From the NCBI GenBank assembly GCA_950097015.1, contig CATNEN010000038.1, positions 3,472,001 through 3,536,000 on the forward strand: a stretch of 64,000 bases of DNA, given 5' to 3'. A program made the translations under genes and the position numbers. Below are positions 26,674 through 39,833 of the stretch, one piece after another (the first letter of the stretch is position 1; every line of letters starts with the position of its first letter). The stretch is from Macrostomum hystrix (taxonomy: Eukaryota; Animalia; Platyhelminthes). Under the pieces are notes generated by a model, which saw only the letters and a program-made list of their open reading frames with translations, did not search any database and was not told the origin of the DNA.

Positions 26674-27549
26674 TTTGTATATCTTTGTAGCACTTAATTG
26701 TAATTGGTTTTGGTGATGGTAGCCCTAGCTACATCTGTAGCTCTAGCTCTATTGGTTAACAAAAAATATTTCCATGTCCAAGAAAAAGTTGCCTCCTACT
26801 TTTTGTTAACAGTGAAGTTAGTGCCTTACTGTGGTTAATTCACTAACTGCCAATGCTCTGCCTCTTTTACTATAGCTTGCTGTTACAATTTTTACAATTT
26901 TATAGTCATAATCATATTGAAATGCATTTAGCCCTTTTAATTGGCTTGCAGGTACTACTAATAGGCACTTTTTTAAATCTCTTATATTACCACCCTACTA
27001 ATCACCCAATTTTACAATAGATTTTTATATCTGATCATTAAATATCTGATTAATGATCTATGATTAATGATCTATGATTTATCACAATTTCTTAGCTTGG
27101 TAGTCATTTTACTTGTATGCTATATTAAAATTTATGATGCAGAATGCCTACTCTGTTAATTTTAATGGCCATGTTGTATAAAGTATGCATGTCCAAAAGT
27201 TAAAACTTACAGCTTTAATTTGCACTGACTTTGATAGGATCTAAGATTAAACTTATCTAATCAAATCTTCGAAAGTTGTGTCTGCCAAGTTTTAGCTTTG
27301 TTCATAATAATTTAAAAAATATTTTTAATAAATGATTTTAAATAAAAAACTCTGACTAAATAAAAAAAATATAAATAAATAAATAAAAATAAAGATTATA
27401 AAAACACATAAATTAGTAACGCTTATGCAACATACCATGTCAAAATATTGTTGCATTTTTTAATGACATTTAATTGATGCTATCGAATCACTTTTCTAAT
27501 ATTTACATCGAGATCATCTTAACAAGTAAACAAAGCAATAAATTTACAG

Positions 27550-29123
27550 ATGTCAAAAGAAAGCACTTCACAGAAGCAACAGGAGAGCCGTCGCCTCACT
27601 CCTGAAGAAGTAGACGACTTTGACGAGCTGCTCACTGAAACTTTGAACGATTTTGAGAATCCTAATCTGCTTAATGCTGCGCTTTCTAGGGATCAACAGC
27701 AACAACAGAAGGAAAGTGCTCATGCTTTGCTCAAATTTGACTACAATTGGAAAGCTGAGCCTCCATAAAATAAGTTTACCTGCGTTTTTTACAGAAAGGT
27801 GGCTCATCAGGTCAGTCATCTCAGCAGGCCTCTTCTGCATCCGGCAGCGGCGCCGCCGCCATGCTGCGCGAGAATGCGTCAACGGCCGACCTGTTAAAGC
27901 CGCTGGCCGGCCTCAGTCTGGACGGCTTGCGTCACGGCGCCGGCGACAATAGTTTAACTGGCGGCGATGATTGCGAAGGCGGTGATGAGAATGTGGACTT
28001 TGAGCAGTTGATGAACCGACTCGAGTCGGACTTTGGCAGCCTGGACAAGGCGGTGCAGGAGCTGCTCGAGCCGTCGGAAGAGGATGACAATGATCCAGAG
28101 GTGAGTCTACCAGATTCCAACTCTAATCTACCAGATTTGAACTCCAATCAACGATATTTCAATTCCAATCAACGAGATTTCAATTCTAACCTACCAGATA
28201 CCAGTTCCAATCTACCAGATTCCAGTTCCAATCTACCAGATTCCTGTTCCAATCTACCAGATTCCAGTTCTAATCTACCAGATTCCAGTTCCAATCTACC
28301 AGATTCCAGTTCCAATCTACCAGATTCCAGTTCCAATCTACAGATCCCAGTTCCAATCTACAGATCCCAGTTCCAATCTACCAGATTCCAGTTCCAATCT
28401 ACCAGATTCCAATTCTGGTTTACAAGGCTCCAAGTCTAGTTTATCAGACTCCAATTCCAGTGTTCCGTTTCTGAACCAGGTTTTGTATAACTCTAACGCA
28501 TGTTACGCAATGCACAATGTTGTCCTACACGATGCGAACTGTCTCAGGTGCGCAATCTGAAAGAGCAGCTCCGCGGCCTGGCCTCCAAAGTTGACACCGC
28601 CAGTCCCGCCGAGCTTGGCGAAGCTCTAGCCAATACTCTGCGCAGCCTAGACGAATCTGTGGCCGCTCACAGTCGGCACGCTGACGCTGTCCATTTGCCT
28701 AAGCCGGGCTCGGCGCCTGCTGGCGGCGGCGCCCCCGAAGCAACCGGCAGCGGATTGGGCGGTTCCGGCGGCGCCAGCCAGGAGATGCTGATGCCGTTCA
28801 TGGAAAACCTGATGCACACCCTGCTGTCCAAGGATGTCATCTATCCGTCACTGAAGACCATTCGCGACGGCTACCCGGCCTGGCTGGAGGCCAACGCGGC
28901 CAGTTTGAATCCGGACGAGTTGGAGGCCAATCGGCAGCGTGCCTCGGTTGTTAGCCAAGTGTGCGAGCAGTACGAAGCGCTTGGCAACTCGAAGCCTAGC
29001 GATGCTCAATTCGATCGCATTCTGCGCTTAGTTCAACGAATGCAAGCCTTAGGGCCGCCGCCTGAGGAGCTGCTTGGCGATAGCGACTTGCAGAATGTCA
29101 TGCCGCAGTGTCCGCAAATGTGA
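27550..29123 (+). CDS. PEX19: Peroxisomal biogenesis factor 19
   Basis: Exons 27550-~27711 (donor uncertain), 27795-28100 and 28548-29123. N-terminal DDFDELLTETLNDF (PEX3-binding type), LLSKDVIYPSLK..YPAWL, MQALGPPPEEL and a C-terminal CaaX (CPQM). Confidence 0.9.
28105..28415. repeat. 21-bp minisatellite AATCTACCAGATTCCAGTTCC in PEX19 intron 2
   Basis: Begins within 5 nt of the donor; about 14 copies. Confidence 0.92.
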
Positions 29124-29256
29124 TTGGTCAGTTAGCCCCCGTGAGCCTTTAGTTCTTAGCGTTCATTTGTTTTGATTCTTTTAGTTTACTTGCTGCTTGT
29201 TGATTTTGTGCAATTATTTTCTTTTCCTTTGATTTTTGTTATTTTATTCCCCAAAT

Positions 29257-29890
29257 TTCAGCACCTCCGCCCCACTGATTCTTCAGCACCTCCGCCTCCC
29301 TGATTCTTCAGGACCTCCGCCCCACTGATTCTTCAGGACCTCCGCCCCACTGATTCTTCAGGACCTCCGCCTCCCTGATTCTTCAGGACCTCCGCCCCAC
29401 TGATTCTTCAGCACCTCCGCCTCCCTGATTCTTCAGGACCTCCGCCCCACTGATTCTTCAGGACCTCTGCCTCCCTGATTCTTCAGCACCTCTGCCTCCA
29501 TGATTCTTCAGCACCTCTGCCTCCCTGATTCTTCAGCACCTCTGCCTCCATGATTCTTCAGGACCTCTGCCTCCCTGATTCTTCAGGACCTGCGCCCACT
29601 GATTCTTCAGGACCTCTGCCCCCGTATTCTTCAGGACCTCGGCCCCACTGATTCTTCAGGACCTCTGCCTCCCTGATTCTTCAGCACCTCTGACTCCATG
29701 ATTCTTCAGGACCTCTGCCTCCCTGATTCTTCAGCACCTCCGCCTCCCTGATTCTTCAGGACCTGCGCCCACTGATTCTTCAGGACCTCTGCCTCCCTGA
29801 TTCTTCAGCACCTCTGCCTCCCTGATTCTTCAGGACCTCTGCCTCCCTGATTCTTCAGGACCTCTGCCTCCCTGATTCTTCAGGACATCT
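29257..29890. repeat. 25-bp minisatellite TGATTCTTCAG(G/C)ACCTC(T/C)GCCTCCC downstream of PEX19
   Basis: Period 25 (29276 to 29301), about 25 copies. Confidence 0.95.
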
Positions 29891-30436
29891 GTCCCTACCT
29901 AATTATATGAGCAAGTACAATGGAACAAAATGCTGCTTACTTTATCCATCTATCGGTGCTGTGTCCCATTGTTATCAATTGGAAAATTATTTTTTTCTTT
30001 TTGTTAACTTTTGAGCAAAATGTCGCTGTCGCTTGTATTACTAGGCAGAATTAAGTGACACCTTACGCTATACTAATAGATTTTAAGTTTTTTTGTTTCA
30101 CCTTGCCTACTTATATTAGTCAGTAACTTATCACTGTGAATAAATTCTATTTGCATTATTATTCTTCAATGACAAAATGGCAGAAGTGCAAATTCAAGAA
30201 CTCCAAATTTCTGTACTGATCATAGGTTTCACTGTTTGATATTTTCCTGCTGTCTTTAAGTGTTGAAATGCAGAAGTAAATTGAATTTATGTCATTGCTA
30301 CATTCGGCCTGTCTATGATTTTAGCCTGGGTCATTTTACTTGTAATTCTTTGGAGTTATTTTTCTGTGTTAAATTATCATCTCTTACGACTGACTTTTAT
30401 CACTTTTTTGATTTGACACTTTGAAAAGGACAGGGA

Positions 30437-31472
30437 TTAGCTTGGATAAAGGTTAATAAAGTGGTTGGCTTCGATTATGACTTGGATAGTAGTTAGCTTG
30501 GATAAAGACTAAGATAGTATTTAGCTTGGATAAAGAATAGGATAGTATTTAGCTTGGATAAAGACTAAGATAGTATTTAGCTTGGATAAAGATTAGGATA
30601 GTAGTTAGCTTGGAAAAAGACTAAGATAGTATTTAGCTTGGATAAAGACTAGGATAGTATTTAGCTTGGATAAAGACTAGGATAGTATTTAGCTTGGATA
30701 AAGACTAGGATAGTATTTAGCTTGGATAAAGACTAGGATAGTATTTAGCTTGGATAAAGACTAGGATAGTATTTAGCTTGGATAAAGACTTTGATAGTAA
30801 TTAGCTTGAATAAAGACTAGGATGGTATTTAGCTTGGATAAATACTGGGATAGTATTTAGCTTGGATAAAGACTAGGATAGTATTTAGTTTGGATAAAGA
30901 CTAGGATAGTATTTAGCTTGGATAAAGACTAGGATAGTATTTAGCTTGGATAAAGACTAGGATAGTATTTAGCTTGGATAAAGACTTTGATAGTAATTAG
31001 CTTGTATAAAGACTAGGATGGTATTTAGCTTGGATAAATACTGGGATAGTATTTAGCTTGGATAAAGACTAGGATACTATTTAGCTTGGATATAAAGACT
31101 AGGATAGTATTTAGCTTGGATATAAAGACTATGCTGGTATTTAGCTTGGATAAATACTGGGATAGTATTTAGCTTGGATAAAGACTAGGATACTATTTAG
31201 CTTGGATATAAAGACTAGGATAGTATTTAGCTTGGATATAAAGACTATGATGGTATTTAGCTTGTATAAAGACTATGATGGTATTTAGCTTGGATAAATA
31301 CTAGGATAGTATTTAGCTTGGATAAAGACTAGGATGGTATTTAGCTTGGATAACGACTTGGATAGTAATTAGCTTGTATAAAGACTATGATGGTATTTAG
31401 CTTGGATAAATACTGGGATAGTATTTAGCTTGGATAAAGACTAGGATAGTATTTAGCTTGGATAAAGACTAG
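30437..31472. repeat. 28-bp minisatellite AGCTTGGATAAAGACTAGGATAGTATTT just upstream of KIF4
   Basis: Period 28 (30663 to 30691), about 36 copies. Confidence 0.96.
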
Positions 31473-31522
31473 GTGAGTGGTTGGCTTGGATAATATCCTG
31501 TATTTCTCACTCTCCAGCGCGC

Positions 31523-34500
31523 ATGGGCGAAACTGTCCGAGTGGCTGTGCGCGCCCGGCCCCTGGTGCCGCGCGAACTTGAAGAAGGATCGCAAACTTGC
31601 CTGCGCTTCGCTCCTGGCCAGCCGCAGATCAGCCTTGGCGGAGACAAATGCTTCACCTTTGACTACGTGTTTGCCCCGCTGTGCCGCCAAAGCACCGTGT
31701 ATGATCAGTGCGTCAGTCCGCTGCTGGACAGTGTGTTTCGCGGCATCAATGCCACCGTTCTGGCCTACGGACAAACTGGAAGCGGCAAGACTTATACCAT
31801 GGGCACCTTCTCTGCTGAGATGGGCGACTGCGAAGAGGAGCAGGTGAGCTGTCTTCATGGCCTCTTTATCATACTCATCAAGGCCGCTTTCTCATACTTT
31901 TTAAGGCATATTCTCGCACTCTCTTAATCATACTCACCAGGGCCACTTTCTCATACTCCTCAGTGACTCTCATACTCCTCAGTGACTCTCATACTCCTCA
32001 GTTACTCTCATACTCTCATACTCTCATACTCCTCAGTGACTCTCATACTCCTCAGTGACTCTCATACTCCTCAGTGACTCATACTCCTCAGTGACTCTCA
32101 TACTCCTCAGTGACTCATACTCCTCAGTTACTCTCATACTCCTCAGTGACTCTCATACTCCTCAGTTACTCTCATACTCCTCAGTGACTCTCATACTCCT
32201 CAGTGACTCATAGGCTACTCCTCAGTGACTCATAGGCTACTCCTCAGTGACTCTCATACTCCTCAGTGACTCTCATACTCCTCAGTGACTCTCATACTCC
32301 TCAGTGACTCTCATACTCCTCAGTGACTCATACTCCTCAGCGACTCTCATACTCCTCAGTGACTCATACTCCTCAGTGACTCTCATACTCCTCAGTGACT
32401 CTCATACTCCTCAGTGACTCATACTCCTCAGTGACTCATACTCCTCAGTGACTCTCATACTCCTCAACGACTCATACTCCTCAGTGATTCTCATACTCCT
32501 CAGTGACTCATACTCCTCAGCGACTCATACTCCTCAGTGATTCTCATACTCCTCAGTGACTCATACTCCTCAGCGACTCATACTCCTCAGTGACTCTCAT
32601 ACTCCTCAGTGACTCTCATACTTCTCAGTGACTCTCATACTCCTCAGTGACTCTCATACTCCTCAGTGACTCTCATACTCCTCAGTGACTCTCATACTCC
32701 TCAGTGACTCATACTCCTCAGTGACTCTCATACTCCTCAGTGACTCATACTCCTCAGTGACTCATACTCCTCAGTGACTCATACTCCTCAGTGACTCTCA
32801 TACTCCTCAGTGACTCTCATACTCCTCAGTGACTCTCATACTCCTCAGTGACTCTCATACTCCTCAGTGACTCTCATACTCCTCAGTGACTCTCATACTC
32901 CTCAGTGACTCTCATACTCCTCAGTTACTCTCATACTCCTCAGTGACTCTCATACTCCTCAGTGACTCATACTCCTCAGCGACTCATACTCCTCAGTGAC
33001 TCTCATACTCCTCAGTGACTCTCATACTCCTCAGTGACTCTCATACTCCTCAGTGACTCTCATACTCCTCAGTGACTCATACTCCTCAGTGACTCTCATA
33101 CTTCTCAGTGACTCTCATACTTCTCAGTGACTCTCATACTTCTCAGTGACTCTCATACTTCTCAGTGACTCTCATACTCCTCAGTGACTCTCATACTTCT
33201 CAGTGACTCTCATACTTCTCAGTGACTCTCATACTTCTCAGTTGACTCTCATACTCTCATATAGAACTCAAATTACAGCCTAGCTGCCAAACTGCTCACC
33301 TCCCACCCAGCTCGGCATCATTCCCCGCGTCATCACCGACCTTTTCGACGGCATCGCCCAGCGTCCGCAATACGAGTCTCACGTCAAAGTCTCATTTCTG
33401 GAGATCTACAATGAGCTGATTAGAGATCTGCTCAACCCGCACGGCTCAGAACCCTTGGGTATTCGCGAGGAGCCCGGCCGAGGCATCTACATTCAGGGCC
33501 TCACGGAGCAAGATGTGGTCTCCGCGCAGCAGATCAGTCGCTGCCTGGCAGAGGGCGCCGACAGTCGAGTTGTTGGACAAACTGCGATGAATGAAAGGTA
33601 TGAGGGAGTGAACTAGTAGCCAGAATCCTCAGAAACAGTAGCCTGAATCCTCAGAAACAGTAGCCTGAATCCTCAGAAACAGTAGCCAGAATCCTCAGAA
33701 ACAATAGCCTGAATCCTCAGAAACAGTAGCCTGAATCCTCAGAAACAGTAGCCTGAATCCTCAGAAACAGTAGCCTGAATCCTCAGAAACAGTAGCCAGA
33801 ATCCTCAGAAACAGTAGCCTGAATCCTCAGAAACAGTAGCCAGAATCCTCAGAAACAGTAGCCTGAATCCTCAGAAACAGTAGCCTGAATCCTCAGAAAC
33901 AGTAGCCAGAATCCTCAGAAACAGTAGCCTGAATCCTCAGAAACAGTAGCCAGAATCCTCAGAAACAGTAGCCTGAATCCTCAGAAACAGTAGCCAGAAT
34001 CCTCAGAAACAGTAACCAGAATCCTCAGAAACAGTAGCCAGAATCCTCAGAAACACTAGCCTGAATCCTCAGAAACAGTAGCCTGAATCCCCAGAAACAG
34101 TGGCCAGAATCCCCTGGACCAGCAGTGGGAATCCAAAATCAGTAATCCTCAAACATATCCGCAGGTCCAGTCGCAGCCACGCTATATTCACTGTACACCT
34201 GAGCATGCAGCACCGTGAAGTGCCGGAGGACGCTTTGTCGGCCAAATTTCACCTGGTCGACCTGGCTGGCTCGGAGAGGGCCAAAAAGACACAGGCTGAG
34301 GGCGAACGCTTTCGCGAAGGCATAAACATCAACATGGGTCTGTCCTGTCTGGGCAATGTCATCAGCGCCCTGTGTAGGCACAGTTCTCACATTCCCTATC
34401 GAGACTCGAAGCTGACGAGACTGCTCCAGGACTCACTCGGTGGCAACAGCAGGACCCTGATGATAGCCTGCGTTAGCCCGGCTGACACCAGCTTCGAGGA

Positions 34501-37500
34501 GACGCTCAACACGCTGCGCTATGCCGACCGGGCCAGGCAGATCAAGAATAAGCCAGTTGTTAACCGTGATCCTCAACAGGCTGAGATTCTGCGGCTAAGG
34601 GAGACCGTGCGGCTGTTAAAGTCCCGGCTTAACCAAGATGAGGTGGCTGAGGTGAGCTGTTTTAAGGGTTTTAAATTTAAAAAAAAATTGAAGACTTTAG
34701 TGTTTGTAATAATTCATTTAGTAGAATTCATTTAGTAGGGATTTCAGGTAGTCATTTTGGGATTATTTCAGGTAGAAGACTGAGTTAGGAATTTCCGGTG
34801 ATGCATTGTGATTTAGGGAATTTTTACAGGTAGGTGCCAGTATGATTAAGGGTTAGCTCAAAATATTCTGAGCTCTATAACCTAATTGGGATAAATTTGC
34901 TAACGGAGCTAAGCATATTTCCCACTGGCCACCGCAGATTGAGCGCCAGGTGAGCGCCGAGACCCTCCTGGGCGGCCCGGATGCCGCGTCAGCTGGCGCC
35001 CTGCCCGCCGCCCTGAGCTCCGTCGGCTGCTCAGTGTGCGCCTCCGGCAGCGTTGTCTCAGCCGCAGAATATCAGAAAGTTTGCGAGCGTTGCCGCCAGC
35101 TGTCGTCAGAGAACAAAGACCTCACGGAGCAGGCTGGCAAGGCGGTGGACCAGGCCACGCAGCTGTACATGTCCATGGCTGTGCTGGAGCATGTTCAGGA
35201 TGTGATGCTCAGCCGGTTGGAGAAATGGAAGGCCCAGCTGGCCAGTCTGAGCGCCTCTTGCGACCAGCTGCCCCTGAAGGATGTTCAGCGGATGGTTCAG
35301 ACTGTCCTGACTGCGGCGGCTGTCACCGCTTCCGGAGCTGCTGAGGCCACGGCCTCTTGCTCGTCATTGGGGGCCGCCGCGATTGCCGCCAGCAATGGGA
35401 CCATCGGGTTGGAATGCGATGAGGTAAGTGCTGATTGATTACTTATTTAAAAAAACTACACCTGCGATATTTTATTCCAGTAGTTTTTTTATTCCTATTC
35501 CTAACCACACTCTATATTAATCCCCCACAATCCTTATCCCATACGATCTTTATCCCACAATAAACAGCTGATTCTGTAATCTTTTGCTCGCAGCTGTCCT
35601 CCGGCACCAATTCTGACGACCTGGCTGCCATGCGCGCTGCAGCCCGTGCCGCCATCGGCGCTGCCGTCGATTCGACCGACGAAGACGGCGATGTCGATGA
35701 TCAAGACGACGATGACGACGACGATGAAGATGACGAAGAAGAAGAAGACATCTTTGATCCTCTGATGCAGGAGAAGAAGACTCGTTTCACCCAGGAGATG
35801 CAGCGGCTGAAGTCGCAGATGTCGGACACAATGAATGCCATCGCCAAACTGTCGCACAACCCTAGACAGGACGAGGCCCGCTACGAGGCCCAGATCAAAG
35901 AATTGGAGGAGCGAATCAACAAGCTGGAGGCCGAGCGGACCGAGCTGCTGCGCCAGGCCAACGATGCTCGCCAGGCCGAGGTTAGGAAGGCCAAGCTGCG
36001 CGAGTTGGAGGCTAAACTGGCCGACGCCAGGCGGGAACTCACCGACTACAACAGAATGAAGCGGGAGAAGGAGAAGCGCGAGTTGGAAATGGGCCGGCTG
36101 AAGGACGACATGCAGAAGCTGAAGCAGACTCAGGTAGCGTTCATTTCTATTTCATTTCTCGGCAGTATTTTTAGACCTTTCTCATGGGTCCTTCTGATTC
36201 TCTCATTTCTCTAGTGAGATTCTGGCTGTCTCAGCCTCGTGTTTCTCATTTCTCATGGGTGAGATTCCGGCTGTCTCAGCCTCGTGTTTCTCATTTCTCA
36301 TGGGTGAGATTCTGACTGTCTCAGCCTCGTGTTTCTCATTTCTTATGATGACAGAAGCGATATTCGAAGGTTCGCGTAGCGCATTTAATTGTGCTAAAAC
36401 GTCGCGGTCTGTTTCTACTGGCGCTCAATATCATTGTGTGTCGAGGCCGTCCGGTTTTTTATAAGCCTTATTTAATAAGGCACTGAAATTATCCGCGGCC
36501 TACGCACCGATGCTGTTGAGATTTTTTAACGGTACAGCTGATTAGTGACTTGCGGCCTTATGCAATTAACACACCTGTCTGAACTAGAGAAATACTTATT
36601 TGCCGTCTTGTATGATCGATTCAACGGATTTCTACCCCTTCATTTCAACTCTCTCCAATGGCACTATAATCCTCAACTCTATTTATCTGCTTCATCCACC
36701 CACTCCATTTATCCCCTTCATCCACCCCACTCTATTTATCCCCTTCATCCACCCTACTTCATTTATCCCCTTCATGCACCCCACTCCATTTATCCCCTTC
36801 ATCCACCCCACTCCATTTATCCCCTTTGTCCACCCCACTCCATTTATTCCCTTCATGCACCCCCTCCATTTATCCCCTTCGTCCACCCCACTCCATTTAT
36901 CCCCTTCATCCACCCCACTTCATTTATCCCCTTCGTCCACCCCACTCCATTTATCCCCTTCATCCACCCCACTCCATTTATCCCCTTCATGCACCCCACT
37001 CCATTTATCCCCTTCATCCACCCCACTTCATTTATCCCTTCGTCCACCCCACTCCATTTATCCCCTTCATCCACCCCACTCCATTTATCCCCTTCGTCCA
37101 CCCCACTCCATTTATCCCCTTCATGCACCCCACTCCATTTATCCCCTTCATCCACCCCACTTCATTTATCCCCTTCGTCCACCCCACTCCATTTATCCCC
37201 TTCATCCACCCACTCCATTTATCCCCTTTATCCACCCCACTCCATTTATCCCCTTCGTCATCAACCCATTTGTCTTCCTTTCATTTAGTATCTTTACCTG
37301 AATAATTTTTCCCACTCTGCCCGCAGGTCCGCCTGGTCAAGCAGATGCACGCCGACTCAATGGAGAATCGGCGTCGGCACATGCAGAAGGACGCCCAGCT
37401 GCGTCAGCAGCAGGCCTCACTAAGACGCAAAGACGCCGAGACAATTCGCATGCGTCAGCAGTTTGAGAAACAGCTGGCCGTTGCTAAGAGACGCGGCGAT

Positions 37501-39833
37501 GAAATGAGCAAACACCTGCGGACCCAGCGCCAGCGGGAGCAACAGCTGGCTGTGGAGCGCCTGGCCAGCAACTCCGCGAATGGAGCCTCTGGGAGCAGCA
37601 GCGAGTTGGTTCAGGTGAGGCAAAACTTACAGTATCCTCTTAAGTCATATTTTTAGCCTAAAATGCATTCATCTGCTTTATTTATTTCCCTTCACATCCT
37701 CCATTCATTCCTTTCATATCCTCCTTTCATTTATTCCCTTCACATCCTCCTTTCATTCTCTTCACATCCTCCATTCATTCCCTTCACATCCTCCATTAAT
37801 TCCCTTCACATCCTCCATTTATTCCCTTCACATCCTCCATTAATTCCCTTCACATCCTCCATTCATTCCCTTCACATCCTCCATTCATTCCCTTCACATC
37901 CTCCATTTATTCCCTTCACATCCTCCATTCATTCCCTTCACATCCTCCATTCATTCCCTTCACATCCTCCATTCATTCCCTTCACATCCTCCATTCATTC
38001 CCTTCACATCCTCCATTCATTCTCTTCACATCCTCCATTCATTCCCTTCACATCCTCCATTCATTCCCTTCACATCCTCCATTTATTCCCTTCACATCCT
38101 CCATTCATTCCCTTCACATCCTCCATTAATTCCCTTCACATCCTCCATTTATTCCCTTCCCACCCTGCGTTCTGCTCCTTACCTTATTTTATAGCGGTCC
38201 AACGCGTTTGCTTCTTTCAACAATGTCCCTGAGCTTTGGGGTGCAGCCATGGAGATAAGGCTTATAAGGCTTGTCGCAAAAATTACGCCCTTCGGTGCCA
38301 GCCTCCAAGGCACAGTTAAAAGCTAGCCCAACAACGTGTGCAGGTGTGCTCTGGAGTCAGCGAAATCGAGCAGAATAGCCTCCTCGCTGGCTGCGTATCT
38401 AGGGTCACCAAATTATGAGCCATTGCCCACAGCTTTGCTGAAATTATTGTATCATTTCATTTATCCTCCTCCAGGGCCGCCTAGCCGCCCTCCTGGCCGA
38501 CGAGATGGAGAGCGCTGTCGCTGCCGCCGACATGCGGCGCCACCTGGAGCTGCGCATGGAGGAGCGCCGTAAGGCCGCCTCGGCCGGCAATCAGGCTGCT
38601 GTGGACGCCTTGAATGAGCAAATCAGCCAGCTGCAGTCCATGATCTCCTCAGCACCTGGCCCTGAATCCACCGATCAGCAGCGCTCTCGATGGGCTTACG
38701 GCGTTAAATCTTTACCCGAAGCTCGCCTGCTGCTTGGCGAAGTGTTTCAACGCGCTGTTGAAGCCCGGGTGGCTGCCAACGCAGCCGAGGCCGGCTTGAA
38801 GGAGATTCGGGATGAACTTGAGCAGACTCAGGCTAAGGTGGCTCTTCTTGAGAAGAGGGTGAGTCTGCCGGCCCTCTTAATGTCCCATGTTCATTTTATT
38901 TGCCTGTTGTTATAAAGCATACTGCTTTCTCCACTGCAGAAAAACCGAGAGAGCTTCGGCTTGGCGAACCTGTCCGCTGCCGCTGATCGACAACTGAATG
39001 CCTCGCTCGGCGGCGTCGGCGCTGGCGGCTCGCGTCAGTCGAAGCGTCGTCGAGAATCTCGACTATCGTGCCGGGTTGAACTGCTGGATACCTTCCAGCT
39101 GATGACTGATGAAAGGCTGCCCAGCTTCGACGAGACGCCAGAAGATGCGGCTGCTGCTTTTGAAGCAGCGGCTACTGTCGCCGCCGGCACCGCCTCTACA
39201 GCCGCAGCTGCTGCCGCTACAATTAGCGACAAGCCGTCGACTTCTAAGGCATTGAAGTCTTCGCCGCCGCAGAGGCCGCACACTCCAACAACAGCGACAG
39301 CAGCGGACGACGACGGATTGAATGCCACGCTGCAGGCCCTGCAGGCCTCGCTGCACCAGTCCGCTAGACGGATTCGGGAGCGAGGCCAGAGCCAGTTCCC
39401 GCATTTCCAGCTGCAGCAGCAGCAGCCAGAGGCCAGCAGTCGTCAGCGGGGCAGCAGCGGCGGTGGCTGCAAGTGCCGGTCCGACTGCAGCACGGCCCGC
39501 TGTGGCTGTCGGCGCGGTGGCAGCGACTGCGGCCAGCTGTGCAAATGCGCCATCGGGCAATGCGTCAACGCTTCAACAGCCGCGCCTGCGTCCAACCCTG
39601 GCAATGAAACATTCAGCTTGGATGGCGACGCTGATGACGCTGGCAAGGAGAATCAAACAGGCGCTGCCGTGTTAAAGAGGCCAGCGAATGCTGCTAGCGA
39701 CAAATTAAATGCCACATACGATAAACTGCCAGATATGGAAACTGATGACAAGCAGCAGCAGCAGCAGCGAGAGGAAGATTTGAGCAGCAAGAGACAGAAA
39801 TGTGGCAGCATTGGCGACGTCAGGCAGTTTTAG
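31523..39833 (+). CDS. KIF4: Chromokinesin (kinesin-4)
   Basis: Exons 31523-31843, 33311-33597, 34165-34651, 34938-35423, 35594-36133, 37327-37614, 38475-38858 and 38940-39833. Motifs [62 protein letters not shown], coiled coil, and the kinesin-4 Cys-rich tail [21 protein letters not shown]...C.N. Confidence 0.93.
31950..33260. repeat. 19/17-bp minisatellite (TC)TCATACTCCTCAGTGAC in KIF4 intron 1
   Basis: About 70 copies of mixed 19- and 17-bp units. Confidence 0.96.
33617..34110. repeat. 22-bp minisatellite TAGCC(T/A)GAATCCTCAGAAACAG in KIF4 intron 2
   Basis: Period 22, about 22 copies. Confidence 0.96.
36200..36344. repeat. 45-bp tandem repeat x3 in KIF4 intron 5
   Basis: Unit ATTTCTCATGGGTGAGATTC.G.CTGTCTCAGCCTCGTGTTTCTC. 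Confidence 0.85.
36338..36593 (+). ncRNA. Candidate long structured box C/D RNA (copy A), intronic in KIF4
   Basis: Box C ATGATGA at 36345-36351 and box D CTGA at 36579-36582, with inner stem GACAG/CTGTC and outer ATTTCTT/GAGAAAT. Several internal hairpins. Shares an 18-nt block with 40543. Confidence 0.45.
36690..37265. repeat. 27-bp pyrimidine-rich minisatellite CCACCCCACTCCATTTATCCCCTTCAT in KIF4 intron 5
   Basis: Period 27, about 21 copies. Confidence 0.95.
37686..38165. repeat. 22-bp minisatellite ATTCCCTTCACATCCTCCATTC in KIF4 intron 6
   Basis: Period 22, about 21 copies. Confidence 0.95.
38226..38440 (+). mobile_element. SINE, internally deleted copy (KIF4 intron 6)
   Basis: GTCCCTGAGCT..GGGGTGCAGCC..CCTCCAAGGCACAGT..GGAGTCAGCGAAAT..GCCTCCTCGCTGGCTGCG. 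Confidence 0.75.

Noticed and set aside
29940-30065. H/ACA snoRNA in the PEX19-KIF4 spacer
   Set aside because: The hairpins are weak and the ACA falls inside the stem, so support is insufficient.
36545-38232. His/Pro-rich ORFs inside KIF4
   Set aside because: They are intronic 27-bp and 22-bp satellites; the true exons splice around them.
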